Source of the DNA: Cystobasidiomycetes sp. EMM_F5
Taxonomy: Eukaryota
DNA length: 64,000 nucleotides
Assembly (NCBI GenBank): GCA_051047955.1
Contig: JBPGPT010000007.1
Span: 124,001-188,000 of the forward strand
Direction: 5' to 3'
Shown: one piece after another, positions 1 to 12,031 of the stretch
Position numbering within the stretch: position 1 is the first letter of the stretch
Layout: each line of letters begins with the position of its first letter
Notes under the pieces: generated by a model
Seen by the model: only the letters and a program-made list of their open reading frames with translations
Databases searched by the model: none
What the model was told of the DNA's origin: nothing
Position numbers and translations under genes: made by a program

Positions 1-1562
1 GTACTTTTTGGCGAACGAGTAGACTCGAGCCATTCGGTCACCTTCAGGGGTTCCGGCGATACCAGACTGGGCAGAGTGGATATCGTAGTGAAGACCGTAG
101 AGCAGAGCGACGACAATTTGAGCAGGCAGACGGACGAAGAGGAGGTTCTTCATGTTCTTGATCTCGTAAATCTCTCCGGCGCCCATTGGGTTGTCGCGAA
201 GTCTGCGCATAGCCCAGCCAAGAGGGCCACGCTTCTTCTCGAGCTGTGCATGCAGCCTGCTGTCGCTCTGCTTCTGGAGCTCGCGGTAGGTGAGTTGAGA
301 CTGCTCCACATCGGCGCTGGACAGTGGGGAAGGGTGAAGGTTCTTTTCGGGCATTTCGGAGATGGGAATATCGGCACTCGGCGAGTCTGGGTGGATCTTG
401 CGCTCGTCGTAATCTCCACTGTCGGAGTTGGCAGAAGATGCAACGGTCTTGGCTGCGTCCTTTTCTGCCTGAACAACGCTGTAGTCTGGGACGGCGGCCT
501 CGGTAGCATCGGCTGGGGCAGGGCGCGAGAAGAGGAGAGGACCGAGGAAGACGTGGTAGGCCTTAAGTGTGTAGTCCTTCTTGACGACCTTGGCATGCAC
601 GTAGGGCACAAAGAAGAGGGCCGCGAGCGCCGCAAGACCAGCACCGGTACCAAGGCAGATTGCGGCAATATCCGCAGGTGGACGCTTATTGAGGCCGAGG
701 GATGGAGATCCCTTGTAAACAATGGACAGAGTACAGATGGTTCCCGCGATGAGGAAGAAGAAGGGCGAGGTGTAGATTGACCACGGCACCGGGTTGGATC
801 GCATGTGGACGACGATCTTGATGAGCATGAAGATGGCAGCACCGAAGCACGCCGAAATTGCTGGAGCCATTCCGAGACCGGCGAAGATAGCGCCGAGACC
901 CTTGCCGTCGTTCCATCCCCATTGAACGTTGCTTGCACCGGCTACAGCTACACCGACACCGGCAACAGCGGAGACAAGAGAGTAAGTAGAGGAGACGTGG
1001 GCACTGTGAGGGGAATGATCAGCGTACGGTAGAATTGGGCTATTAGACTTAAACTTACGAGTGTCTGGTACACCACATGACCCAAGAGGAAGCGGCGGCA
1101 AGTGCGCATGTGAACGCAAGCATTTGTACTGGGGCGTTGTTTCTGAAGGCGCTTGTAGGCTAGTCGAGGTTTAGCTTTGTGTGCGACTGCCAAGCAGAGG
1201 AGCCTGCTTACAATGATACCGTTTTTAATTGTATCGGCTGTACGAGCTCCGACAGCGATAGCTCCGGTCATCTCGAAGATGGTCTGATTGCGGGAAGGTA
1301 TAATTTAGCTGGTTGGGGTACTCATTGGTAAATCTTTACTCACACCCAGGATCATGGCCTGGCGGTACGAGACTGAGCGTGAGCTGACACTCGTGGCCCA
1401 AGAATTGGCGACATCATTGGCGCCATTATTGTATGCATCGAGCATTGCGAAAAAGGTACCAATCGCAAACACATATGTGTATCTGGCGGTACTCGAGAGT
1501 GAGCATACTGCACTGAACAACGGCAACGTCCGTGCTTACTTTTCCATACCTGCGGCCGCCAT
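1..1562 (-). CDS. PHO89: PiT/PHO4-family (Pho89-like) sodium:phosphate symporter, multi-exon, 3' end beyond window start
   Basis: Spliced N-terminus MAAAGMEK|YTYVFAIGTFFAMLDAYNNGANDVANSWATSVSSRS (intron 1483-1539) carries the PiT signature GANDVANS. Downstream hydrophobic exons include PFFFLIAGTICTLSIVYKGSPSLGL. Confidence 0.92.
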
Positions 1563-1914
1563 GGCTGCTAGCTTCTTTTGCGATAAGGGTGGGTGGGGGC
1601 AGTCGAAGGGTACGGGGTCAGTGGGTGGATGTAGAGTCAGTCGAGGCGGGTAAGATACGTCGACGGTGGATGGGAAGAGAAGGAGCAGCAGCAGCTTCCC
1701 GCTATCTCTGCAATGTCAGCGCTGTAAAATCTTTCTGCAATCTGAATTTTCCGGCGACTTGTCCAAATCACGAACATGCCTCTTTCCCGACGAGCATTTG
1801 CGCGACTGCAGCTACACCTCCTCGCGTGCATCTCGCTTGGAAGACCGTACTCCGGGTCCAGCCCCAGCGGTTGTTGCAAGAAGATCAAGGCTTGGCACGA
1901 ATGTGCAGTCAGGT

Positions 1915-1973
1915 CACGTGTCTCAGATTGGACGTGTACGCCGAGCGTGGCAACAGATACCGACGCGCACGTT
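1915..1973. promoter_or_regulatory. Putative Pho4-type bHLH sites (CACGTG 1915-1920; GCACGTT 1967-1973) upstream of the phosphate transporter
   Basis: Both CACGTK variants lie 350-410 bp upstream of the PHO89 ATG. CACGTG and CACGTT are the established yeast Pho4 sites. Confidence 0.5.
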
Positions 1974-3076
1974 CGGCAGACGGTGGTGGGGCGGGGATGA
2001 GCAGAGAGGAGAGGTGCGAGCTAGGATGCGTACAGTGAATGAAGATGAGTGCACAATCGCAGGGTTGAAGTGCTGCGTCTCTGTCCGTGCGCCGCCCTGC
2101 TAGGAAGCTCGCGGATGCGACCGGTTCACAGTAGCCAGTCTTCCTACTGCAGACACGGGAAGGACTGATTCTGCTCGGATGTCTGTGTCAAATGTGTGCT
2201 GCTCTTTTTAAAATGAATTGAAGACAGAAACCGCCTTCCACCGACTTAGGGTCATCGGAATGACCCTTCAGACTCCAGAGATGTCAGATACAAGAGATCC
2301 TCCGACTGCATCGCTAAGCAGACCGCGTGACGTGGAGAGGTATTGCTCGCATCCAATGCTCAGCCACGGGTAAGTCGTACGTGGGGAACTTGCTGTGATC
2401 CGATATATGCAAGCACTGGCAGTAGCGTCAATGATACCCTTGCCTCTGGCAGCCAGATGCCACAGCATCTCGCAGTCAGGCTCGCTACTACATCAGCATA
2501 TTTGAGGCCTGCGTCGAAAGTGACGATGCAGATGGTTATGCAGCCAAGAGCTTGAAAGCCATGCGGTTCGATGCAAATGGTGTCCGCGTTCGACAGTCAG
2601 CACGAGTCTGAAGTAGCACTCCACCCTAGATTGCTTTAAGGTAGTTACTGCAGGCTGATTAATGTATCCTAGTCACACGACCGGCAGTCCAGGTGTCATC
2701 ACAGGCGTCAACTTTGGTCAACTTAGTACTGAATGCAAAGCATCAGCAACGATCATGTTGAGCGTTGTGGATTAGAGTAGTATTGCACATCAGTGAGGAC
2801 ATTATCGACAGTGGTATGGGTTGCGGGGTCGGCGGAATGCGACACAACAGGAACCAGGCAGTCGAGACTGATGCCTTTGAGATTACAAAGACACGAGGCT
2901 GGATGAAGAAAGAGTAGGCGAGCCCTGCGTAGGGTCTGCCTTGCATTGTTCGACTTGCAAAGATTAACGACATTCAGTCACCGTCCAATCTGACGCAACA
3001 TGGACCACACATAAGGATGCCATGCGAGCCAAATGGCGCTTAGATGAGGATCTTGTCACTTCTATGAGTGTGGAAT

Positions 3077-6000
3077 ATGTCGCAGCCATGCATCAGCGTC
3101 ACACTGGAGCCTGCCAGCTCGGCCTTTTTCGCTGGCGAGCTCATGGAATGGAGGATAACGTTCAAGAATGAGAGGCCGCCGAAGCAGCCCATACCAAGCC
3201 AGCATGGCAGACAGGTTCCTCATCGTCATTCGCATCGGTCGGTGTCATCAGTTTATAGTGCTCCGGCGTCAAGAGCCAACTTTGATGGCGTCGAAGGCTT
3301 TCAAGATGGTCGCGTAACTAACACATTAAAGCAACATCCTGCACATCAGACTATTATATCTCCTCTGACTCCCACATCCCGTCCGAGCTCGTCGAGAAGT
3401 TACTTTGATGTAAACAACTCGTCGTCGACATCAACACACATAGTGCTGCCCGAACGCAAGGGAATCATCGGATCTCCACTAAAGTCTGCACGGCGATCTA
3501 TATCTTCAACGCTTGTATCGCCTCAATACCGTCACGACGCGCCAACTCCAGCCACAAGCGGCAGCAACCTGACTGCCGTAAAGGCTTTGCAACATAAAAA
3601 GAACGACTACTCAGTCGCAATAAGCCACGATGATGCTTTTCAGACCAACCCGCGCCGGGTGACAAGCTTCGGTCTCCTCACGGACGAGGCTGAAGGCGAA
3701 GATGGCGTTCTCGACCTCAGTTCTCAATTGGCCGGAATGGCTTTGTTGCGACAGAGAGAAAGTGTTGTTGCACAGTCCGGCATAGACGGCAATAATGGCG
3801 TGTTAGGATCACCTATGCCAGGTCAACGGAGTAGCTTGCCACGGTCGGTCTCAGATTCAACAAGCTTGCGGTCGCGCGAAAATCATCAGCATCTGTCCAT
3901 ACCAAGACCCGATGCGTCTACACATCCATCTCGCGTACCAAATGATCGTGATAGCCAATCACCCCGTTCCGATGGGGGCTCATCGAGAGGGACCGAATAT
4001 GGCACGTCAAAAGGGGCACAGTTTCCTGCTGTCGGCAGGTCTGAAGGGCAGCCGAAACCGGCATTGCCACAGTTACACCTACCACGTCACTCGCTGGCTC
4101 ACGGGCGGTCATTCTCAGCCGCGTCTCCGCTACATCCTCGTTCGGCGCCGCTGGCATTGTCATCAATTGCTGCGCATAAAATGGATGATTCCGATTACGA
4201 AGATGGGAGAGAAACGTTACTCTGGGCCTTCGCTCAATTCAGTGGCAGTTTTACGGTGGAGGAGTCGCTTGTGAAGAACGCGGAATTCCTCGCCATCAAG
4301 CATAGTCTGCTTGGTAGGCATAATATGCCTAGCAGCAGTTCACCCATGAATGCTGGAGTATCTGCATCGGTGATAGGAGGCGGTAACCTAGGTACTCATG
4401 TCCCTAACTCTACTGTGTCCACCAGCCAGCGACCACGAATGGGCGGGTGGAGGAGCTGGATGTGGCGGAACACGCCGGAAGCCAGCTTATCCAAGACACA
4501 ACTTGTCGAAAGAAGAGGGCTGTATATCGATCCTGTAGTCGACACGGCTGCAGACGTACGACGGAGAAGCTCGGCGGCGGTCACGAGCGCTTCGTCATCC
4601 TCAGTGCCCAGTATAGGATCGCTGGAGGAAACGAGACTCCACGCACTGAATGACAAAAGCGTACCAGTCTATACTTCGCCTCCGAGTATACTTGCTGTTG
4701 ATCTTGTGCTTGAACCTGGAGAATCCCGCAGCTGTAAGTAATAGGCTTCTCTGAACACGAACAGACTAAGTAAACGAGGGGACACTCGACCGGTCAGATA
4801 AATTCTCTATGCAGATTCCAAATGACTTGCCGCCGTCTTTCCGAGGCAAATCCATCAGCTTCAATTATGTTTTCAAGATTGGGACAAACCGATGCCCCCG
4901 GCCAGGTTCAGCGGGAGACGACCTGGAATACAATAAGATCGTCAAGGTACCTGTCAGGGTATACAACAACGTGTCAGGTCAGTACATTATATTCTATTTG
5001 ACCCAAGTCAGGCTGATCGGCCGCTTCCTTGCAGTTGACGGCGTACGGCCATTCTATGACTTGACCAATCCCATAGTCGTACATCGTGATCCAGCCAAGG
5101 TGTCCATCACAGATGGCTCACCGTTTCCTGTACCGAGTGCAAGTCTAGCTCGCACCGAGAGACAGCGTCAGCCGTCGCATAGTGCATCGATTGCCGAGCA
5201 GGCACAGGCTGCTGCTCAATCGAAAGAGCAGAAGGAGGATTTCTACGAGTATGCGACAAGCCTTCTGCAGAATGTCGCCAGTGCATCGCCTCAAGTAGGA
5301 GGATTCTATGCAGATACTGCTCCCTCGATGGCCCGAGTGCGGAGCTCCAGTGACGGTCCGAGCTCAACTAATACCGCTGAGAAGGATGAGAAATCCTGCA
5401 AGACGGCCGTTGAGATCGTCAGCCGCAATGCTCAGAAAAGTGCGCTATTCTTCTCGATTGCTGTAAACGATCTGACATTGATCTCAGTATCATACGACAT
5501 CAACAAGGACGGATACAAGATAGCAGTGGTCACGCTTGTGAAATCCGCTTTCCGATTAGGCGACACAGTAAATTTCACGCTACTTCTAAATCTACCAGCA
5601 TCGGATACCTACGGAACAATAGCGCGGGCGGCTCGCGTCTTTCGCATCGCAGCTCGATTGGAAACCCACGAATTGGTTGAAACTACTATAGCCAAGAAGT
5701 CGCCGCAACAAATCCAGAGCCTGACCAGGCGGCTGCATGCGGAGCATCACGAGACAACGTTGGACAGTGGACGAATAGGCATAGCGCTCGCCATTCCTAG
5801 CGGCGCAACGCCGGATTTTGCGTCGAGTGGTGGTAAGTCACGGGCTGAGTTGTATTTGCTTTCCGCACGAGAACTGACTCTACGTTCAGTCAAGTTGCAA
5901 TGGACTTTGCGGGTCTCTTTTCTTCTATTACCGCCTGCTGGAGCGACAGGCTCGGGAAAAGAAGGCTTGCCTGACCTCCATGAGCATGAGAAGGCAGAGC

Positions 6001-6383
6001 ATCTGAAAGGCATGCTGTCCCCCGACCAGCTGCGATCGGCAAATCACGCCAAATCGAGATCGATGGCGTTCGGCGGAACGTCTCTTCCTGGCACTCCGGT
6101 ACCTGTAGATACTATGGCTAGAAGTCATTTCCTTCCGATGCCGCAACTCGAGCCGGATCAAGAGTATACAGCATATCGAGGTGTCCCTGACCTCAGCTTT
6201 GTCCCGACGCTGTTTCAGACGCCTGATACGCTGTCGTCGCCCGGCAATTCCAGAAAGGCGCGGCAGGAAGAGACCGTCGTTCTTCTACCAGCCAAGATTG
6301 AGACCGTCGAGGTCTCCATTCCGCTGCGGGTCTTCCCTAGCGCAACACCTTTCAGACCGCCAATCGCAGTCTTCAGTATCTAG
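3077..6383 (+). CDS. RGP1: Rgp1-family protein (Ric1-Rgp1 GEF subunit for Ypt6/Rab6), multi-exon
   Basis: Motifs FFAGE..RITFKN, ETLLWAFAQFSG, LAVDLVLEPGESRS, LPPSFRGKSISFNY, YDINKDG, IPSGATPDF. Short GT-AG introns join the two long ORFs. Confidence 0.85.
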
Positions 6384-6794
6384 GTTCAGCAAGCATGATT
6401 TTCGTCTCAGGTGGTATCAGGGAAGAGGGAAGCATAAGTACATGCAGACTGCAGTGCAGTGCTCCTTGTTGTTGTGTGCCTAGTCTCCTTTATTCCTCTA
6501 CAGCTACACCCTCAGGGCCAAGGCATTAAAAGCGCGTCGCAGCGATGCAGATTCTCAGCACCACTTTGACTGTATTGTCTTGCTCGCAATGACCGTCGCA
6601 TATGCCATATCAGGGGCTTGGTGCTCCGGTAGCCATGCTTGGTGTCCGAGGTCTTGACAAGCTAAGCCGGAAGCGGGCAAGCGATCAACAACTTACGGAG
6701 TCTTGCAATCGCTATGCTGCGTTTCACTTTTTCACCCTCGCGATATCCATCGTCTCCGCTTCGACGGGTGCTTCTGAAGTATGCTTGTCGCGAG

Positions 6795-7190
6795 TCATAC
6801 AGAGACGCCGAACCAGCAGAAAGTGACTACGGTACCCAGTCCGAATAGTGCGCTCGCAAGGACTGCAGTTCCAGCCTCTGCCAGCGGTATCGTCTTCTTC
6901 TCCAAGCTGCGTTCGAGTAAGCAGCGACATATCAGCAGCTGTTCGAGCAGGGGCGCACATTGCTTTCGTACACACTCACGTAGTAAAGAGGAAGCTGACG
7001 ACGAACGCAAGTGCGAGTAATGAAAGCGAGATGAAGGGTATCGCGCTCTCCGACAGCGCTGGCTGGAAAGGCTGCATTGCCGCGAAAGCTGACCGCTGAA
7101 GATGTTATCGATAGTCGACATCGTCAGAACCTCTGCAAGGCGATGGGAGCTGATCTATGACTTCCTCACCTCGGCCGCGTAGTCCAGCAT
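6795..7190 (-). CDS. OST5: Oligosaccharyltransferase subunit Ost5/TMEM258-like, 82 aa, 3 exons (7190-7170, 7095-6980, 6906-6795)
   Basis: Manual splice gives MLDYAAERSAFAAMQPFQPALSESAIPFISLSLLALAFVVSFLFTTLEKKTIPLAEAGTAVLASALFGLGTVVTFCWFGVSV. It has two TM helices, an FQP motif and an FGVxV end, as in yeast Ost5. Confidence 0.8.
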
Positions 7191-7830
7191 GGTCGCGCTC
7201 ATATCTGCTCCCTTCCCGTAAAGTTGGCCGACAGCCAACCTGTATGGTCTACATGTCTCATACTGATGGGCAATTGATACTGACGTCAAATGGGCACCCT
7301 GACGCTGCGTGATGGATCTCTGTTGACAGTATTCGATATGCTGACATTGACAATGCCACGACGGGCTATCGTGCTATGGCTAACTCGCCTTGAAACACAA
7401 TTCAGATACAGGATCATCGCTTGACGTGCCGTTCATGAAGACTGTGCATATCAAGTGAGATTAGCACGTATTCAGGTCACTCGAGTCGCTTCACACGCGT
7501 GTCGACAACGCCCGACAGCCACAAGCATAGCTTAAGATACAAATACGCGATCCTTATGACACAGCTCGCAAGCTCTCTTCGATTGACGTTGCTGACGATA
7601 ATGAACATAAATACGAGGATGCGTGCGACAGTCCTCAGCCAGTGTACTTCTGATGATGTCCTGTCACCTCAAGCAGGGACTAGAGGACGGGCGGACAGCT
7701 ACGAGAGCTTGACTGTGTGCGACACGCAAGTATGCCCAAGCCATGCCTCAAGATGTACACGTCTAGTGAATATACTTGACGTTCGCGTAATACACGGTAC
7801 GCCGACGTAACAAGCTCCTCAAGTATCTGC

Positions 7831-7878
7831 CGGGGATTTAGCCGGAGCCTTCGGGGATTTAGCCCACGTAGCGGGGAT
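7831..7878. repeat. Phased direct repeat CGGGGATTTAGCC x2 plus a third CGGGGAT (20-21 bp period), intergenic
   Basis: Copies start at 7831, 7852 and 7872. Confidence 0.7.
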
Positions 7879-8235
7879 CCAACGATTACCCTGCGTATTT
7901 ACCCAAATAAACGGGTAATAAGACAGCTTTCTGGCTGTAGAGGCCCTTTACTGGGTGATGAACGGTATTCACTACCTCTACTTCCTTCTCCACATTCTGA
8001 ATGATCTGAAAGCGAAAGCAACGGGGCCTTTGCGCGTGTGCTTAGGATACTCAGACGCACTGTACTGGCATTCGATTGTTGCCCTTTGCACCAGCTCTCT
8101 TTGCTGTCCATTCCCATGTCGCCTCCACGTGGGTCTTTGCAATGCGTCTCAGGCACAGCTCTTTTTTACGTCTTTACCACTTCGAAAAGTCAGAGCTCGC
8201 TTTGCAACCTGCAGCACCCAGCATCATACACGGCC

Positions 8236-9017
8236 ATGGTGTCCACGATATCCGCACAGTCCGGCCAGACGAACGGGACAAACTACGATCCCGACAACTC
8301 GCTCACTTTGCCCGGCGGCAGCGACCAGGACGGGCGACCACCGCGCAGCAGGACGCAGAGCCGTCGTGCGAGTAATCAGAGGTATGCAGTGTGTCGGATG
8401 ACGCGTGTCCATTGGTCTGATTTGGTATTGACAACGCCCGCAAACAGCAAGGAACTGTCCGAGCTCGACCTGCCAGAGCCCTCTGGCCTGGGGTCTGCCT
8501 ACAACCCGCGCCCTCGTATCATAAGCGGTAACAGCAGGAGCGCTGCTGTCGCTTCCCCGGGCTTGCTATCCGCGACAGACCTCGACACTTCGCCCTTTGT
8601 AAAATCCGTACCAGGTTCGCCCTACATTGGCGCGTCGTCCTCTCCTCAGCCTGGCTCAATCCCTCGTTTCGGTGACACGTCCGCCTCGGATGAGCTGGTA
8701 GGCAAGCTCGAACAACTCGAATTGCCAGAACCCGAGGCTCTCACCGAGGGCAACCCACGAGGTGACAGCGAGCGAATGCGAGCAGCAGACGAGATTCGAG
8801 ACGCCTTTTCTGGACTCGCAATGCCCGAGCCTGAGTATGTCGTCAGAGCAAATATGCGTGCAAGTGGTGCAAAGACACCTGAACCTCCGTGAGTGCCCTG
8901 CCAGTGTGTGCGACTCGTATAAACAACGCTGACTGCCAATTCTAATCCAGCGCAAGAGAGCCAGGCGAGGTCTTGCCTGCAGCAGAGTTTGTCAGAAGAG
9001 CTAGCATCAAAAGGTAG
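8236..9017 (+). CDS. Hypothetical disordered protein (~217 aa) with three (L/M)PEP motifs; probable exons 8236-8381, 8448-8888, 8951-9017
   Basis: GCCATGG start context, gtatgc..cag and gtgagt..cag introns with ttgac/ctgac branch motifs, and an open frame. No recognisable domain. Confidence 0.6.
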
Positions 9018-9189
9018 ACTGCACCTCAACACCGCTCCTTTGCATTTTTGCAACAAGCTAGTTTAGACGACCGTCGTTCTCACATCACAGTATGCCTTGC
9101 GCATCATACCCACCATCATATCATGCTACTGTTCTGCATCTTCATTAGTGCAGTACTCGACCGTTCACATGCCCGCGTACTTCATGCCT

Positions 9190-10501
9190 CTAGTAGTGAT
9201 AGACAAAGGCAGCCCCACTCGGTCCCTTCTGTTTCTTTCCAAAGCCCGGCAGCTGAAACATCTCAAACAGCTTTTCTGCAGGCGTTGCAAAGCCTACTGA
9301 GCGAACATCGCCAAAAGCCATACGCGAACCCCGTATCAGGGCAGTCACACTGCCTGCTGTCGATACCAGCGGGCCGCCTGAGGATCCAGGAGTGGGCAGT
9401 ATATCGATGTTCTGCTCGCGTTTCATCAGTGGCTTGTTGCACTGTGGCTTGCTCAAGCTTACCAAACTATTGAGATCGTCATACGTTCCAGGCTGACATA
9501 ATCCGTAAGCTTCGGAGTGTAAGGCGTACTATTCAGCTCACCTCGACATCGTTCCCGCGAGGATCCTTATAGCCCACCACCCTGCACGAGCGCCATTCCT
9601 CGTTGCCAATGAGGAATAGCTGCTGCTTGTCGCCGACTTGCGGAGGGTGTAGTGCGACTGGGACGCTGCGAAGCTGTGACGATGCCGAAGAAGCAGCATT
9701 GTCGCTTTCCTGTCGGCGGGGCATGGCCAAATCGCTGACTGTGTACACAACAAGATCATGCAATGGTAAAGCAGATGCTATGCCATTGATTGGCAAAATC
9801 AAGCCCGATCTCGTTATGCAGATTGTCGAGGAATCGGCTGATCCAATTGATCGCTGCGAGTGCGCTGCCTGATAGATTCCTGTAAGCATGCGAGCTTGAT
9901 GGCGTCGAGAAGCATGACTTACTGATTCAAGCGTATGACTGCATGTGACGATATATGTCGTCTCTTGCAGCGTGCGAATCACAAAACCTAATGACCAACT
10001 CGTGATTGGCGGATCGGATGCGATGACATGGCTGACCAGCACCAAGCCATCCTCTTCTGCTTCTTGCACAAGCCTACCCGATATGCGTCGGGATGCAAGT
10101 TCGCAACTGTCTTGCCATTTGTCAACACGGTTCGATGTGGAGAGCCTGCGCGAATCGCTAGGCGTGTCTTCGAACGCCAGCTCGTCGTTCAAGACTCGCG
10201 CCGCATGATTTCCCAATTGCTTGTACAGCTGGGGTATACTAGCGCATTCTTTGGACAGGCTGTCATCTCTACGAATATGCCGATGAAACTCGTGGAGATA
10301 TGTTTCGATGTCGGATGCACTTTCCGAAGCAGATTCTGGATGCTGAGCCTGAGTCGTGGGAGATGGAGGAGCGGGAGAACGGAGGAGGATAGAGCGAGGC
10401 AGACTTGTCGACTCTGTAGCATATCCTCGTCGACGGTGACGAGTGTGGCTTGATGACGGCAGCGCTGTCGCATTTCGGAATTGGTTGATTGAGCTTCGCA
10501 T
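9190..10501 (-). CDS. Trypsin-like (Trypsin_2/HtrA-type) serine peptidase-domain protein, possibly mitochondrial
   Basis: SLGFVI...YIVTCSH (His), LHDLVVY (Asp) and PTPGSSGGPL (Ser) occur in order across spliced exons. The N-terminus is Arg/Ser-rich and free of acidic residues (MRSSINQFRNATALPSSSHTRHRRRGYAT). Confidence 0.7.
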
Positions 10502-10703
10502 CAGGCTTGTTGCTCTCGCTTCTTGCACACATGCTTCCAGGCATAACGCCAGGCGATTGTGCAGAAAACTCATGGTTCAGAGCAATTGAAAGCTGTCAAA
10601 GCATCGATTGGCGTGCATTGCATTCAAAATATTGCGAGAATGGCTTTCACGACTACCAATCCATGCAATAACACGAGTCAACCGTGCAGACTGAATACCA
10701 TCA

Positions 10704-11417
10704 ATGCAGGCGCATCCTCTGATTGCGCCAGTCATCGCGCCCGGGTGTTGGCCAGGCGCCAGCGATGAAGACAAAGCGAATGAGCTGTACAGAATGAAGC
10801 AGATGCGGTGGATGACTGCGGGAATGGAGAGCTGTGTGTCCAAGGGAGTCATGGCTGGCGTCGTCGGTGGGCTTGCGCATTTACCAGATTGGCTATCGAA
10901 TCCTATCTGACCGCTTTAACAAAATCATGATTTCGCATTACCTAACCTCCCAGGATTCGGATTCGGTATTCTCCTCTCCTTGTTCTCTTTCGGTATGGCG
11001 TATGATACGCCATTCGGCCGGACACTGGATGGCAAGGAAATCTCCTACAAAAAAGCCATGAAGGATGGGTGGAGCAGTGCGGTCCGTCAGGGCAAAGGCT
11101 TTGGAGCTGTCGGAGCCGCATACAGCGTGTCAGAATGTATAATTGAAAGCGTCAGTACCCACAGCGTTTTATCTGTCATGTCGCTCTGCGGACCAATTCA
11201 GTCTAATCTTCTCCATACAACACAGTATCGAGGCAAACACGACATACAGTCTGCCGTTGGAGGTGGATTTACAGCTGGTGCTATACTCGCACGCAAGAAT
11301 GGTACACGCGCGATGCTATGGGCCGGTCTCAGTTTCGCCGGATTTTCATATGCACTCGAAAAGCTATGGATCAGGAAACCCCCGGCTGACGAAGACAGTG
11401 GGTTCTTCGTCTGCTAG
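10704..11417 (+). CDS. TIM22: Mitochondrial inner membrane translocase subunit Tim22 (Tim17/22/23 family), 3 exons
   Basis: Motifs MESCVSKGVMAGVVG, GKGFGAVGAAYSVSECIIES|YRGKHD, GGFTAGAILAR, FAGFSYA. Confidence 0.92.
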
Positions 11418-11713
11418 AGCATGCCGTCGACTTTCAGTACTCCCAAGCATATTGTCAACTCGTCTTTCGCCATTCGTACAGTAGTAAAACGCCTTTGCAG
11501 TTGGATAGCAGTACAGGGTTGTTGTCAATATCACGCATGAGCAAAACAGCATCACCACTCTCATCTTTCTCCATCCATCTTGGCGAGCAGCCTCCTGCTG
11601 ATGACTTCTCACCACTGCTCGCAGGTTTTTCTCCGACAACGAGAAACTTTCTCGTCCGGATTCTAGCCGCCTTTCCTTCCGCAGATAAAGGGCATTCATT
11701 ATGCATTGTCCCA

Positions 11714-12031
11714 TCAAGCCTTGTAGTTGACTGCACGCTTCGCTGGTGTCGAATCGTCAGGGCAGCAGCCAAGACCGGAACGTACGTATCCTGGAGCACA
11801 GGTAGCGTATGCACACATTCCGGTGTAGCAGAGCTGGACACATCACACAGTCGATTTCCTCATCAGCCATCACGATACGATACGCTTAGTGATGGTGATT
11901 GTACTCACTGGGGTCGTGCCCGCTGCAGTCGGGCAATCGGCAGATGTAGCACAACCGACGAGGCAGGTGGCAGCACTGGCGAAGGCTACCAGGCTCGATA
12001 AGACGGACACGATCACAAGAATTTTGACCAT
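11714..12031 (-). CDS. Small secreted cysteine-rich protein, 80 aa, 8 Cys; exons 12031-11909 and 11833-11714
   Basis: MVKILVIVSVLSSLVAFASA-ATCLVGCATSADCPTAAGTTP|LCYTGMCAYATCAPGYVRSGLGCCPDDSTPAKRAVNYKA*. It has a signal-peptide-like N-terminus and a clean phase-0 gtgagt..ctgat..cag intron. Confidence 0.82.

Noticed and set aside
76..780. 234-aa plus-strand ORF and many similar antisense ORFs across the window
   Set aside because: They are shadow frames opposite real genes (here PHO89) and carry no independent motifs.
2248..2267. Inverted repeat AGGGTCAT-cgga-ATGACCCT
   Set aside because: A single 8-bp stem is expected by chance in 64 kb, and it has no supporting context.
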